Source: Candidatus Limnocylindrales bacterium (GTDB taxonomy: Bacteria; Chloroflexota; Limnocylindria; Limnocylindrales; CSP1-4). Taken from it: a DNA stretch of 64,000 bases. A program made the translations under genes and the position numbers. Location of the stretch: positions 3,230 to 67,229 of the forward strand of contig JBBRXB010000015.1 of assembly GCA_038248915.1 (NCBI GenBank), given 5' to 3'. Numbering within the stretch: position 1 is the first letter of the stretch; every line of letters begins with the position of its first letter. Shown here piece by piece: positions 17,843 to 27,700 of this stretch. The notes under the pieces were generated by a model. That model saw only the letters and a program-made list of their open reading frames with translations, was not told where the DNA came from and did no database searches.

Positions 17843-18079
17843 TCAGCCGCCCGGCTTGACCTCGTACAACGTGTGCGCTACCAAACCGTGAGCCTCCCGG
17901 TGGACGCGCGTCGCGGTCTCTTTGTCGGGTGCCTCGACCAGGCAGAACACCTTGCCGTCCGCCTCATCGACCCAGTACTGCTTGTCGTCGACGCCGTATT
18001 TGGCCTGCGTGCGGACATCCGCTTCGTGGGCGATCGCCACGTCCTCAGCCTTGACGCCGGGTAGATCGTGCATGTCCAT
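17843..18079 (-). CDS. DUF4242 (SCO4226-like, nickel-binding ferredoxin-like fold) protein
   Basis: MDMHDLPGV...AH.AD...Q.KYGV....YWVDE.DGKVFCLVEAP...A...H.EAHGL pattern. Confidence 0.8.
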   Translation of the reverse strand: MDMHDLPGVKAEDVAIAHEADVRTQAKYGVDDKQYWVDEADGKVFCLVEAPDKETATRVHREAHGLVAHTLYEVKPGG

Positions 18080-18427
18080 CTAGGTAGGCAAGACCAACTC
18101 CTCTCACTCCGATGCGCGCGACGGGTGCGTGGCCCGAGTATCGCACCCCGGTCACGGGGATCTGAACGGCGGCCGAACGACCTTCTCGGGACCCGGACGA
18201 GGCGGGGGCCGCGGATCGCCCGGATGCCGATCGGTGCGACAACGCATGCACAGGCGGCTTGGATGGGTCGTGCTCCGATAGCAGAGACACACCTCGCAGT
18301 CGCATGACGAACCGGTCATGGCGATTCCCCTTGGTGAACCGGCCCCGGCGGTACCAACGACAACGAACGACGAGGCGCGCCGTTGGGTGCCAGACATTGC
18401 AATCGCCGTGCAGGTCCGCGTTGGCGC

Positions 18428-19408
18428 CTAGCGCGTGATGATCACCTTGCCGAGTGGGTGGCCGTCATCGACGCGACGCAGCGCCTCGACGATCTCGCCC
18501 AGGGGGTACCGCTGGTCGATCCTCGGGACGACCTTCCCGGCGGCGTACAGCTCCGCCAACGTGGCGACGTCTTCGGCCTTGAACGGTTTCCACCAGAGCA
18601 TCAGGCCCATCCAGCGTGACGACGCCATCGAGATCACCGGGCCGACCGCCATGGCCTGCAAGAGCCGACCCGTCGGGCCGCCCAGCGTCACGTAGACGCC
18701 GTTCCGTCGCAGGGCGGGTCGAACCGCCAACAACGAATGATGGCCGTGGACGTCGAGGATCCAGTCGTACCGCTTGCCGATCGTGGCGTAATCGATCTTG
18801 CTGTAGTCGATGACGTGATCGGCCCCGAGCGAGCGCACGAACTCCATCGCGTCGGTGCTGCACACGCCGGTCACCTCGGCGCCGTACGACTTCGCGATCT
18901 GGACCGCGAACGGCCCCACGTTCCCGGACGCGCCACTGATCAGGACCTTGTCGCCCGGCCCGGCCGTCCGACCGTCACGACGTCGCAGGCCCTGGACGGC
19001 GAGGATCGCGGCATGCGGCATCGTGGCCGCGTGCTCGAACGACATCCCGTCGGGGATGGGCAGGAACGCCCGTTCCGGGGCGCACTTGAACTCGGCGAAG
19101 GAACCGAGCCCGAACGGATACATGTCGCCGAACACGCGGTCGCCTGGGCGAAACCGCGTCACGTCCGGTCCGACGGCCTCGACGACCCCGGCCAGATCGC
19201 ACCCGACGCCATGGTCCCGCGGGGCGCGAAGCCCGAGGAACAGCCGCGTGAAGCCGGGCTCGGGCCCAAGCAGGTCTAGGTCCGCCCGGTTGACGGAGGC
19301 AGCCTCCATGTGGACGAGGACCTCGTCGCCGGTCGGGGTCGGGCGGTCGACATCGCGCACCTGCACGCGGTCGACGGATCCGTAACGCTCGCGGATGGCG
19401 GCCCGCAT
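18428..19408 (-). CDS. Zinc-type alcohol dehydrogenase / quinone oxidoreductase (MDR family)
   Basis: MRAAIRERYG...EVLVHMEAASVNRAD and Rossmann motif ISGASGNVG. An alternative GTG lies at 19447. Confidence 0.85.
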   Translation of the reverse strand: MRAAIRERYGSVDRVQVRDVDRPTPTGDEVLVHMEAASVNRADLDLLGPEPGFTRLFLGLRAPRDHGVGCDLAGVVEAVGPDVTRFRPGDRVFGDMYPFGLGSFAEFKCAPERAFLPIPDGMSFEHAATMPHAAILAVQGLRRRDGRTAGPGDKVLISGASGNVGPFAVQIAKSYGAEVTGVCSTDAMEFVRSLGADHVIDYSKIDYATIGKRYDWILDVHGHHSLLAVRPALRRNGVYVTLGGPTGRLLQAMAVGPVISMASSRWMGLMLWWKPFKAEDVATLAELYAAGKVVPRIDQRYPLGEIVEALRRVDDGHPLGKVIITR

Positions 19409-19665
19409 CGCTCCCCTGCCCCGCTCCGGGTCTGATCGATGGTTCACGTCGATTGTACGTGGGCGTCGTGGAAGTCACGGAGGGAAGGGGCCGAACGGCC
19501 CGCGGAATGGGCGCTCTGTGGCTCGTTCCCGCCAGGGTGGTCTCAGGGACGATGGCGTCAGGTTCTTGAGTGGTCGCAGACCGCGACCCGGAACCGTCCT
19601 CCTGACTGGCACTCTCCTGGCGCAGCGTCCGAGGCTGGTGGTCATACGAGAAGGGATGTTCTCAG

Positions 19666-20376
19666 ATGACTCCTCGTTTCAAGAAGCTAGGGATCGCGCT
19701 CATGGCCGCGGGCCTGGTGTTCGCCCTCGTGGGCGGCTTCACGTTCCTCAAGACGCAGGAAGGCGCGGCCTCCCTCCAGGCGTTCAGCACTGCCGAAGAC
19801 GTCAGCCTCAGCTACAACGAGGCCGGTCAGCTGGTCGACCGTGGCAAGACCGAAGGCGCTGACGCGATCATGAGCCTGCTGGTCAACGACTGGAAGTACC
19901 CGGTCGTGGCCGCTGACCTCAACCCGAACGACCCGATCGTGAACACGGCCTCTGAGTACATGTACGAGATGGCCACCGTCTCCTATCACACCCTGCACGG
20001 CACGCAGACCGTCGTCCTCGACAAGAACGTCGACTACAACGGCAAGACGTACCTTGCCGGGACCTATCAGGTCGAAGGCGCCGGGCGCTACTTCAGCCAG
20101 TACGACCGCCTGGATCCGCTCGATGGCCCGGCCCGTGAGCAGGCCTGGAGCGGCACCGCACACGGCCTCATCGCCAGCCTCGGCGTCGGCACCGTGACCG
20201 CCTCTGCCCTGCAGATGGGTCTCGGCCTCGCCGGACTCGCCGTCGGCTTCGGCGGCACGATGTTCCTCTTCGGCATCGGCCTGATCTGGGCCAGCCGGCT
20301 TCCGGAAGACAAGAAGGTCACCGAAGCGACCAAGCGGCCGGATGTCAAGCTGGATCCGATCAAGCTTCCGATCTAG
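19666..20376 (+). CDS. Membrane protein: N- and C-terminal TM helices flanking an extracytoplasmic domain. Hypothetical.
   Basis: GAAGGGA upstream, high GC3, hydrophobic segments at both ends. Confidence 0.75.
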   Translation: MTPRFKKLGIALMAAGLVFALVGGFTFLKTQEGAASLQAFSTAEDVSLSYNEAGQLVDRGKTEGADAIMSLLVNDWKYPVVAADLNPNDPIVNTASEYMYEMATVSYHTLHGTQTVVLDKNVDYNGKTYLAGTYQVEGAGRYFSQYDRLDPLDGPAREQAWSGTAHGLIASLGVGTVTASALQMGLGLAGLAVGFGGTMFLFGIGLIWASRLPEDKKVTEATKRPDVKLDPIKLPI

Positions 20377-20397
20377 CCCCTCCTCCCCGCAACCACC

Positions 20398-20428
20398 CAC
20401 CCGGCTCCCGAGCGATCGGAGCCGGGTG
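20398..20428 (+). terminator. Intrinsic-terminator-like hairpin (11-bp stem CACCCGGCTCC/GGAGCCGGGTG, 9-nt loop) followed by TCTCTGTGT
   Basis: Read directly. Lies 22 nt after the stop at 20376. Confidence 0.55.
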
Positions 20429-20570
20429 TCTCTGTGTCCGTTGCTCGGTCGGCGTGCGGCATCGAGACACCGCGCTACCAGGCGGTCAGGACGACGGACG
20501 CCGCCTCCCAGCCAGGGCGCATCCGATGGGCTGCTGATCCTGCGATCCTGCCTCGAGGACTGCGCGGCCG

Positions 20571-20918
20571 TCAGACGCGTTCGGAGTCGGGCGTGTCTGG
20601 CCTATCGTGGACCTCGGGCGCGTCGTATGCCTCGGGCGCGTCGTCATCGTCGGGCCCCTCGGAACCGTCACGCTCATCGGGCTGAGACTCGCGGAGGCGA
20701 GCGTAGGCGGCGAGATCGGCCTTGGCCTTGCGATCGAAGAACGGGATCATGAACGGGAGCATCACGAGCCCCGCCACGAACAGAGGCACGAACAGGAAGA
20801 CCAGCGTCTGCGCCTGTTCCGGAAACGACATCGCCTGGAGGACCCGCAGGGCGAGTCCATAGGCCAGGGCCCCGACCGGGAACGACAGGATCATCAGCAT
20901 CGTCGGCAGCGATGGCAT
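20571..20918 (-). CDS. Small membrane protein with an acidic C-terminal tail. Hypothetical.
   Basis: ATG 20918. Two TM helices, then DERDGSEGPDDDDAPEAYDAPE. Confidence 0.6.
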   Translation of the reverse strand: MPSLPTMLMILSFPVGALAYGLALRVLQAMSFPEQAQTLVFLFVPLFVAGLVMLPFMIPFFDRKAKADLAAYARLRESQPDERDGSEGPDDDDAPEAYDAPEVHDRPDTPDSERV

Positions 20919-21015
20919 GACCTGATCGTAGCCCGCGCATCGCAGGGCGGCGCATCGTGGCCCGGCCCACGCGGCCGCCCGCGCACGGTACCCTCGTCCG
21001 GAGCGAGGAGACCTC

Positions 21016-21609
21016 ATGACGACGAGACGTGTGGCCTGGCGGCGTTCCGACGAGGTGGCGACCAACGAGCATTGCACCCTGACGGTGCGCACTGGCGGGC
21101 TGTCGCTGGTCGGGACGGTCCTCGGCGCGGAGGATGGCCGGCCCGTTCGGATCGAATACCGGGTGCTGGCCGACGGGGCGGGCGTCACGACCGCGGTCCA
21201 TGTCCGCGATCTGCGCGGGTTCGAGCTTCGGACGGTGACCCTCGAGCGCGACCCGAAGGGCAACTGGAGCGTCGACGGCAACGTCGTCAAGCCGCTCAAG
21301 GGCTGCACCGACGCGGACCTTGGGTGCAGCCCGTCCACGAACACGCTGCCCATCAGGCGGCTCCGGCTGGCCATCGGCGGCAAGCAGACCATCAAGGCCG
21401 CCTGGCTCCGGTTCCCGGAGCTCGCCGTGGTCAAGGTGCCGCAGACCTACACGCGGCTCGACGAGTTCACCTACCACTACGCGAGTGGGACATTCGAGGC
21501 TGATCTGACGGTCGACGACGACGGGCTGGTCACGTCCTACGCCGATTGGCAGCGAACGGGCTTCGCGATGGGTCCGGACGACAGCGAGCCACTCGACGCC
21601 ACGAGATAG
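21016..21609 (+). CDS. Putative glycolipid-binding-domain protein (PF06475-like)
   Basis: GAGGAG lies upstream of ATG 21016. ...DLGCSPSTNTLPIRRL... and ...Q.YTRL... motifs. Confidence 0.75.
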   Translation: MTTRRVAWRRSDEVATNEHCTLTVRTGGLSLVGTVLGAEDGRPVRIEYRVLADGAGVTTAVHVRDLRGFELRTVTLERDPKGNWSVDGNVVKPLKGCTDADLGCSPSTNTLPIRRLRLAIGGKQTIKAAWLRFPELAVVKVPQTYTRLDEFTYHYASGTFEADLTVDDDGLVTSYADWQRTGFAMGPDDSEPLDATR

Positions 21610-21624
21610 CCTCGCGCACCCGCA

Positions 21625-21846
21625 CTGCCGCCGGCGACAAGGACGTCGAGATCATGGGCGGCGCCGACATCATCCGGCAGGTGCTCGCGGCAGGTCAGGT
21701 GGACGATCGGTCGACCTCGATCGCGCCGGTCGTACTCGGCGGCGGCCAGCATCTGTTCGCAGGCTTCGAGCACCCGCTCGACGTCGAACACCTCCGAACG
21801 CTCCGGCCCCCTCGCGACACACATCACCGATCGCGACCGGCGCTGA
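21625..21846 (+). pseudogene. C-terminal remnant of a dihydrofolate-reductase-family (RibD_C) gene, frameshifted
   Basis: GDKDVEIMGGADIIRQVLAAGQVDD...IAPVVLGGGQHLF matches the RibD C-terminal domain. The N-terminal about 100 aa are absent. The last segment (SGPLATHITDR*) is in another frame. Confidence 0.5.
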
Positions 21847-21871
21847 CGGGCGCGAATCGCCCAAGTCGCGC

Positions 21872-23104
21872 TCAGAGTTCGCCCGGCGGTGGCGCCCCGG
21901 GGCGCCGACCGGTGCCGGTCGAAGCACCGGCAGGACGTCGCGGGTCAAACGCGGCCGCGAAGTCGGGAACCGGCTCGTCGAGGACCCACGCCCCTAGGAG
22001 CTCCCCGGCCGCGCACCCGACCATCGAGCCGAAGCCGGCCAGACCGCCCACGATGAAGGCCCCGTCGGCCCCGTGCGGACCGATGAGCGGCAGCCCATCA
22101 CGACTGCGGGCGTAGAAGCCGCCGTCGTGCGCGAGGACCTCCAGACCCCTCGAGAGATACGTCCCGAGACCCGGCACGATCGTGGCTGCTCGAGCCAGCA
22201 CCTCGAGCGGGAACCCTGGCGGACAGGCGGGCTTCGCAACCGGTTCGCTCGGCACCTGGTCCCTCGCCCAGCCGAGCTTGATCGAGTCGTGCCGCCCGGA
22301 CGTGTCGGGCTTGACGTGCACCCCGGCCGGGAGGCCGTTGGTCGGATCGAGCCCGATCGTGAACGGCGCGTCGCGAGGCACGACCCTGAGCGGATCGCGG
22401 ATGACGACCTTCTGGCGGAGCACGGTCTCGAGGTCCAGGTCCCACCCGAGCCGACGCGCGACCTCGGGCGCGAACGGCCCCGCCGCGTTGACGAATCGGC
22501 TGGTGGCGATCTCGATGGCGCCATTCGGCGTCGCGATCGAGACTCGCTCGAGGCGGCCGTTCACCGATCCACCGGCGACGACCTCGCCATCGACCACCTC
22601 GACGCCTGCCGCCTGCGCGATCGCCAGCATCGCGCGACCGAGTCCGACCGTGTCCAGGCTCCCCGCTCGCCGGGCGTGGATGCCCGCGCGAAGCTCGGAC
22701 GCGAGGTGCGGGAACCGTGTCGCAAGGTGGGCGGCACCCAGCAGATCGATCGTGTCCGCGTCGACGCCGGCCGTGACGCGCTCGTCGACGACCATGGGCA
22801 ACCGCTCGGCCGTGGCCGGATCGGCGGTCACGAACAGGTAGCCGCGTCGGTCGATCGCAAACTCGGCGCCGGCGCGGAGGAGTCCCTCGGTCAGCTCGAT
22901 GCTCCGGCTGGCGAGCGCGACCATCGCCGGCTGGGGCCACCAGTCGCGATAGTTCGCCCCGGGCCGATCGCTGGTCAGCGACAGCGGCGGGCGTGGATCC
23001 ACGAGCACCGCCGTCGTGGTTCCGAGTCGCACGGCGATCTGCCAGGCCGCGGCGATCCCCGCGATCCCAGCCCCGGCGATGACGACATCCGCGGTCCTTC
23101 GCAT
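21872..23104 (-). CDS. FAD-dependent oxidoreductase (DAO family)
   Basis: N-terminal dinucleotide-binding motif DVVIAGAGIAGIAAA. Confidence 0.85.
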   Translation of the reverse strand: MRRTADVVIAGAGIAGIAAAWQIAVRLGTTTAVLVDPRPPLSLTSDRPGANYRDWWPQPAMVALASRSIELTEGLLRAGAEFAIDRRGYLFVTADPATAERLPMVVDERVTAGVDADTIDLLGAAHLATRFPHLASELRAGIHARRAGSLDTVGLGRAMLAIAQAAGVEVVDGEVVAGGSVNGRLERVSIATPNGAIEIATSRFVNAAGPFAPEVARRLGWDLDLETVLRQKVVIRDPLRVVPRDAPFTIGLDPTNGLPAGVHVKPDTSGRHDSIKLGWARDQVPSEPVAKPACPPGFPLEVLARAATIVPGLGTYLSRGLEVLAHDGGFYARSRDGLPLIGPHGADGAFIVGGLAGFGSMVGCAAGELLGAWVLDEPVPDFAAAFDPRRPAGASTGTGRRPGAPPPGEL

Positions 23105-23190
23105 GGCGCTAGTCTGCCCTGCTGCACCGAAGCGCGATCGCCCTCTTCGGACCGGGACCCGCTACGCCTCACAGGGGCGGAAGAGCGGCC

Positions 23191-23850
23191 CTACGCGTCG
23201 TCGCCTAGCGCCAGCACCCGGACCTGGACGGGCGGCACCCGCTCGTAGGTCTCGGTCGCGGCGACCATGCCGTCGTCCGGCACGGTCAGGGCGCGGACCA
23301 CGGCATCCGACAGAAGGGCGTACGGCCGCAGTCCGATGAGGTCGGCCGCATGGTTCTTGAGCAGACGGTGGACGATATTGACGTCTGGACCGAGGAGCTC
23401 CTGTTGGCCCCCGACCTGCTGGATCACGTAGTCGCCGTGGTGGAGCACGAACTTGAGATCCAGCTCATGGATTCGTGAGCAGGAATCGCACGTGCAGGTC
23501 CAGTGCTCGTTGGCCACCCCGAGCCGCCGCCGGAAGGCGAGGTGGCAGGCTCGCAGGCTCGCAAGGAGGTCCGTCCCGCGAAGGTCGGATCCCGCATCCG
23601 GGGCGATGACGAAGACCGCGTCGCCCTCGAACTTGACGAGGTGGAACGGCGGCACGAGGTCGGCCACGATCCCGTCCAGCAGGCTTGCGACGAGACCGTA
23701 GGCGGGCGGTGGCGCGTCCGCATCGATGATCAGGTCGTAATGCGCGTCGGCCACGCCCTGGAGGAACCCGGTGTAACCGGAGATATCTGCCAGCAGCAGC
23801 GTGCCGCGCGACCGCGTCCCCTGCCCGACCGGGGCCGTCGTGGCATCCAT
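23191..23850 (-). CDS. DUF2652-domain protein
   Basis: LLLADISGYTGFL...KFEGDAVF pattern. ATG 23850. Confidence 0.75.
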   Translation of the reverse strand: MDATTAPVGQGTRSRGTLLLADISGYTGFLQGVADAHYDLIIDADAPPPAYGLVASLLDGIVADLVPPFHLVKFEGDAVFVIAPDAGSDLRGTDLLASLRACHLAFRRRLGVANEHWTCTCDSCSRIHELDLKFVLHHGDYVIQQVGGQQELLGPDVNIVHRLLKNHAADLIGLRPYALLSDAVVRALTVPDDGMVAATETYERVPPVQVRVLALGDDA

Positions 23851-23917
23851 GGTCCCGAGTCTACTCAGTGCGCGAGAACGCGTCGCCGTCAGGCCGTTGG
23901 CGCCGTTCGGAGCCGCG

Positions 23918-25696
23918 TCACTCCTCCCGGGACAGGATGACCACCGAGTACGGCCCGACCGAGATGACGCCGCTGTGCTCGCAGCCATCCATCGGCTCAC
24001 CGTCCGCGTCGAGGTCGAACGACTCATGGCTGCCGAACTCGCGCGAGTAGCTGGCGGCGTCGGAGTTGAAGCGCACGTTCCATCGGCCGGGCGCCGGGAA
24101 GCCGATCCGGACGTCATCGAGGGTGCGGTCCGCGAAGTTCGCGACGACGACCGTGTCGTCGTGGGGACCGCCCTTGTCCCAGCGATGCATGACCAGGACC
24201 TTGGCCTCCTGGTCCGCGCGCAGGATCGCGACATTCGGACCGCGCAACCCACGCGTCACGCCGTCGCGTGCTCGGCGCAACGCGATGAGGTCGCGATGCA
24301 GGCGAAGGATCCCCCGGTTCTGGCTCGCCTTGTCCCAGTCGATGCCGACCGAATCGTCGAACCAGCCGTCCTCCAGGAGCTCCTGGCCCTGGAACAGCAT
24401 CGGGATCCCGGGTGCAGTCAGGACCAGCGCCCCGCCGAGGACGGCACGCTTCTGCGACCACCAGCTTCGCGCATCACCCGGCGAGATCGCCTCCGGCAGA
24501 CGGACGAGGCCGTTGGCGACGTCGTCGTGCGACTCGGTGTAGATGACTCGACGCATCGGCGCGCCTCGCCCGGTGCCGAGGATGCCCTCCACGATGACAT
24601 CGATGTCCCTGGCCGCGTCGTCCGCCACCTCGAGAGCCGGACGGACGCGTCGGATGAACCCGACATCCCACTGGGCGACGAAGCCGGCACCGCCATCGCT
24701 GGTCGGGGCAACGAGCTTCGGATCGTGCCCCAGATCCTCGGCGATCGTGATCTTCCAGGGCTGACGCGCCCGGATCTCATCGTTCAGCCACGACATGAAC
24801 GACCAGCCCTCGGGCAATGACGAGTCCGCTGATGGGATCCCGTCAACGGATCGGATGTAGACGGTCGCATCGAACCGGAGACCGTCGCACCGGAACTCCT
24901 CAAGCCACGTCATGGCGCTGTCGCGCAGCATCGTCCGGACTTCGCCGCGACTGTAGTCCGGGCGGGTCGCGCCCCACGGCGTTAGCGCCCGCGCGTCGTT
25001 GTAGAAGTAGATCCCACCGCCGTCACCCTCCGCCCAGCCATCGAACCGCCACAGGTCGAGGTCGGACGGGCCGAGGTGGTTATAGACGACGTCGACGATG
25101 ACGGCGATGCCGTGCGCATGGGCGTCGCGGATGAAGCGCTTGAATGCGTCCGGGCCGCCGTAGGACGACTCGATGGCGAACAGGTGCGACGGGTTGTAGC
25201 CCCACGAGATGTCGCCGGCGAACTCGAACGGGGGCATGACCTGGATCGCCGATACGCCGAGCCGATGCAGATAGGTCAGCCGGCCGCGCGCGCTGTCGAA
25301 CGAACCGCGCAGGTCGCTCTCCGCCGCGAACGTGCCGACATGCATCTCGTAGATGACGAGGTCGTCCCAGCCGGGCATCTGGAACGCATCACCCTCCCAG
25401 TCGAACGCGTCCGGGTCGTACACGATGCAGTTGCCGATCGAGCTCGTGACGTGGTGGGCATAGGGGTCCATCCGCGACAGGTCGCCCTCGGTCGTCCGGA
25501 TCGTGAACCGGTACTCCTCGCCGGGGCCGACCCCCGGGACGTCGGCCGACCACGTACCGGCCGCCCCATCGTCATCGCGCACGAGCGCCGTCCGATCCTG
25601 CGCCCAGTCGTCGAAGGTCCCGGTGACGAAGGCCGCCACGGCGTGCGGCGCCCAGACGCGGAACGTGGTCCCCTCCCCATGTGGGATGGCGCCCAT
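23918..25696 (-). CDS. GH13 alpha-amylase-family enzyme with an N-terminal CBM48-like module (branching-enzyme-like)
   Basis: TTFRVWAP...; conserved regions DVVYNH, GLRFDA, IAEDL, ESHDD. Start at MGAIPHG (an upstream start is possible). Confidence 0.85.
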   Translation of the reverse strand: MGAIPHGEGTTFRVWAPHAVAAFVTGTFDDWAQDRTALVRDDDGAAGTWSADVPGVGPGEEYRFTIRTTEGDLSRMDPYAHHVTSSIGNCIVYDPDAFDWEGDAFQMPGWDDLVIYEMHVGTFAAESDLRGSFDSARGRLTYLHRLGVSAIQVMPPFEFAGDISWGYNPSHLFAIESSYGGPDAFKRFIRDAHAHGIAVIVDVVYNHLGPSDLDLWRFDGWAEGDGGGIYFYNDARALTPWGATRPDYSRGEVRTMLRDSAMTWLEEFRCDGLRFDATVYIRSVDGIPSADSSLPEGWSFMSWLNDEIRARQPWKITIAEDLGHDPKLVAPTSDGGAGFVAQWDVGFIRRVRPALEVADDAARDIDVIVEGILGTGRGAPMRRVIYTESHDDVANGLVRLPEAISPGDARSWWSQKRAVLGGALVLTAPGIPMLFQGQELLEDGWFDDSVGIDWDKASQNRGILRLHRDLIALRRARDGVTRGLRGPNVAILRADQEAKVLVMHRWDKGGPHDDTVVVANFADRTLDDVRIGFPAPGRWNVRFNSDAASYSREFGSHESFDLDADGEPMDGCEHSGVISVGPYSVVILSREE

Positions 25697-25725
25697 GCCG
25701 GCGCGGGTCGATGGCGCGCGAGCGC

Positions 25726-26142
25726 TCACTCGCGCGACGTGCGGCGGGCGTCGGTCCCGGGGATCCCGCGGGCTGCCAGCGCCGCGGCCAGCCCGTCGAG
25801 GTCCTCGACCGTGAGATACAACGCCGGGACCTTGAGACGGACCACCCGGATCGGTTCGTGGAAGTCCAGTCGCACGCCCCCGCGGGGTGACCCACCGAAC
25901 GTGAGATCCCGGTGGCGGATGCTCATCCGGATGCCGATGGCGGTGATCCAGCGCCACGGTCCCTCGATCCGCCAACTCGCGATGTTGGCGACCGGCGTGG
26001 TGGCGATGGCCCGGCCGAAGCGCGCGGTCAGGGTGCCCTCGTCGAGATCGACCCAGGCGTCATCCGGACCGTCGACCCCGAACAGCCGTAAGACCGGCCT
26101 CGACTTGGCGCCGAGTCGATAGGCGAAACGTCGTGCCGGCAT
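25726..26142 (-). CDS. Hypothetical protein (138 aa)
   Basis: ATG 26142, high GC3, no recognised motif. Confidence 0.55.
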   Translation of the reverse strand: MPARRFAYRLGAKSRPVLRLFGVDGPDDAWVDLDEGTLTARFGRAIATTPVANIASWRIEGPWRWITAIGIRMSIRHRDLTFGGSPRGGVRLDFHEPIRVVRLKVPALYLTVEDLDGLAAALAARGIPGTDARRTSRE

Positions 26143-26152
26143 GACGGCAAGG

Positions 26153-26535
26153 CTACCCCGCCGGCGCGCCACAGATCGGGCGTCCGCCGCATGACCAGCT
26201 GAACGAGCCCTGCTCGCGGGCGAGCTCGAACTTCGCCATCGTGGAGCGGCCGGGATGTCGAGCTTGTGGGCGAGTTCGTACAGTTCTGCCTGCGTGTGCC
26301 CGTGATATTCGACACCGCCGGGCACGGCCCCACGACCATCTCAGGCGGCGTTGCCCCGGTCGATCGCGGGTCCGACGGCCCTGGTTCGTCCTTGAGCGAG
26401 GTGAAGGCGGTTCGGTGTGCCTGCTCGCCGTCGCCGTCCTGCGCGACGGCGCTGTCATGCGTCTTGAGCCAGGTCTCGTGGGCGGTTCTTCGTCGAGCGC
26501 TTGAGCGTTCCTGGGAGCGATTCGTGGGCCGGCAT
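26153..26535 (-). pseudogene. ChaB-family gene disrupted by about three frameshifts
   Basis: Homologous segments are spread over three frames: MPAHESLPGTLKRSTK / AHETWLKTHDSAVAQDGDGEQAHRTAFTSLK...GPSD / PGGVEYHGHTQAELYELAHKLDIP / GRSTMAKFELA. Each frame switch falls at a short C/G run. Confidence 0.6.
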
Positions 26536-26681
26536 GGCTGGACCCTCGATGCGGATGTCTCGCACCCTCCTCGCCGCGCCATCGATGGGCGGCGGCGCGC
26601 ATCGCAGGGTGATGACGAGGTTCGCGCCAGTCCCCGTACTCGTTCGACCGCTGCGCGGCGCGCCATGCGACACTGCAGCAC

Positions 26682-27689
26682 ATGGTCGTCGACGAGGGAC
26701 GCGGTACCCCTGCGTCCGGTGAGGCGCCGGCGCCGCTTTGCCAGCGCTGTGGGCGAGCGGTCGACATGGCGACGATCGGACCACTTGTCGGGCTCTGCCA
26801 CTGCCCGGTCTGCCAGCTCTATTCGTGCCGATGGTGCTGGGACGATGCCTCGGGCGGATGCCCCGTCTGCGCCCACTCATTCGTCGTCGTGCCGGCCGTC
26901 GCCGTGGCCACCGGATCTGTCGCCGCGGCGCCTGGAGCGACGACCGGCCGGCGTGCGGCCGCCCCAGCCGCGGTAGCCGGCGGGGCCCCGAGGACGGCCG
27001 CCTCGCGACCTGCGCGAAGTGCCGCCGTCGCCGCCAGGGATCTCCGCGCGCCACTGGCGATCGGCACGATCGTGCTCGCCATCGGGTTGCTCGTCCTCAA
27101 CATCGGGGCGACGTTCCGCCCGACAGGTGGCATCGCCTTCGACCTGCCCGGCGCGTCTGCACCCGCGGAGACGCCCGGCTCGACGCCGCCTGGCGCCAGC
27201 TCGGTCGGTGGTGCTGGGGCGTCCCCGGGGCAGACACCGGGCTCGTCCGGCACGGCCGCGGGGCCGACGTCAAGCGCGGCCACCGTCCACCCCGGCCAGT
27301 CATCCTCGGATCTCCGGACGTCGCGACCCACCGCGACGCCACGTCCGGCACCCACGCCGGGCCCCACCGCAGCGCCTGGACCGACCGCGGCGCCGACAGC
27401 AACGCCCCCGCCGACACCCCCGCCGACGCCCGTCCCGACCCCGACTAGCGCACCGACCCCTGTGCCGACGCCTGTGCCCACCCCAACGCCCGCGTGTGCG
27501 ATCGTGCCGGACCTGCACAGCATGACGGTCGCTGCCGCACGGACCGCCTGGAAGGCGGCCGGCTTCACGGGCACGTTCGACCCGGCCAGTGGCAAGAACA
27601 ACCTCATCGTCGACACCCAGAACCGGACGGCAGGCGACTGTCTGCCACCATCCACGGCGGTCAAGGTCACGACAAGCGGACACGGCTAG
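26682..27689 (+). CDS. Cys-rich zinc-ribbon (RING-like) protein: TM helix, Pro/Thr linker and extracytoplasmic PASTA domain
   Basis: Cysteine pattern C20xxC23-x15-C39HC41xxC44-x4-C49xxC52-x7-C60xxC63. TM helix LAIGTIVLAIGLLVL. C-terminus VPDLHSMTVAAARTAWKAAGFTG...IVDTQN...G.C.P..T.V.V is PASTA-like. Confidence 0.75.
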   Translation: MVVDEGRGTPASGEAPAPLCQRCGRAVDMATIGPLVGLCHCPVCQLYSCRWCWDDASGGCPVCAHSFVVVPAVAVATGSVAAAPGATTGRRAAAPAAVAGGAPRTAASRPARSAAVAARDLRAPLAIGTIVLAIGLLVLNIGATFRPTGGIAFDLPGASAPAETPGSTPPGASSVGGAGASPGQTPGSSGTAAGPTSSAATVHPGQSSSDLRTSRPTATPRPAPTPGPTAAPGPTAAPTATPPPTPPPTPVPTPTSAPTPVPTPVPTPTPACAIVPDLHSMTVAAARTAWKAAGFTGTFDPASGKNNLIVDTQNRTAGDCLPPSTAVKVTTSGHG

Positions 27690-27700
27690 GTCCGAGACGC

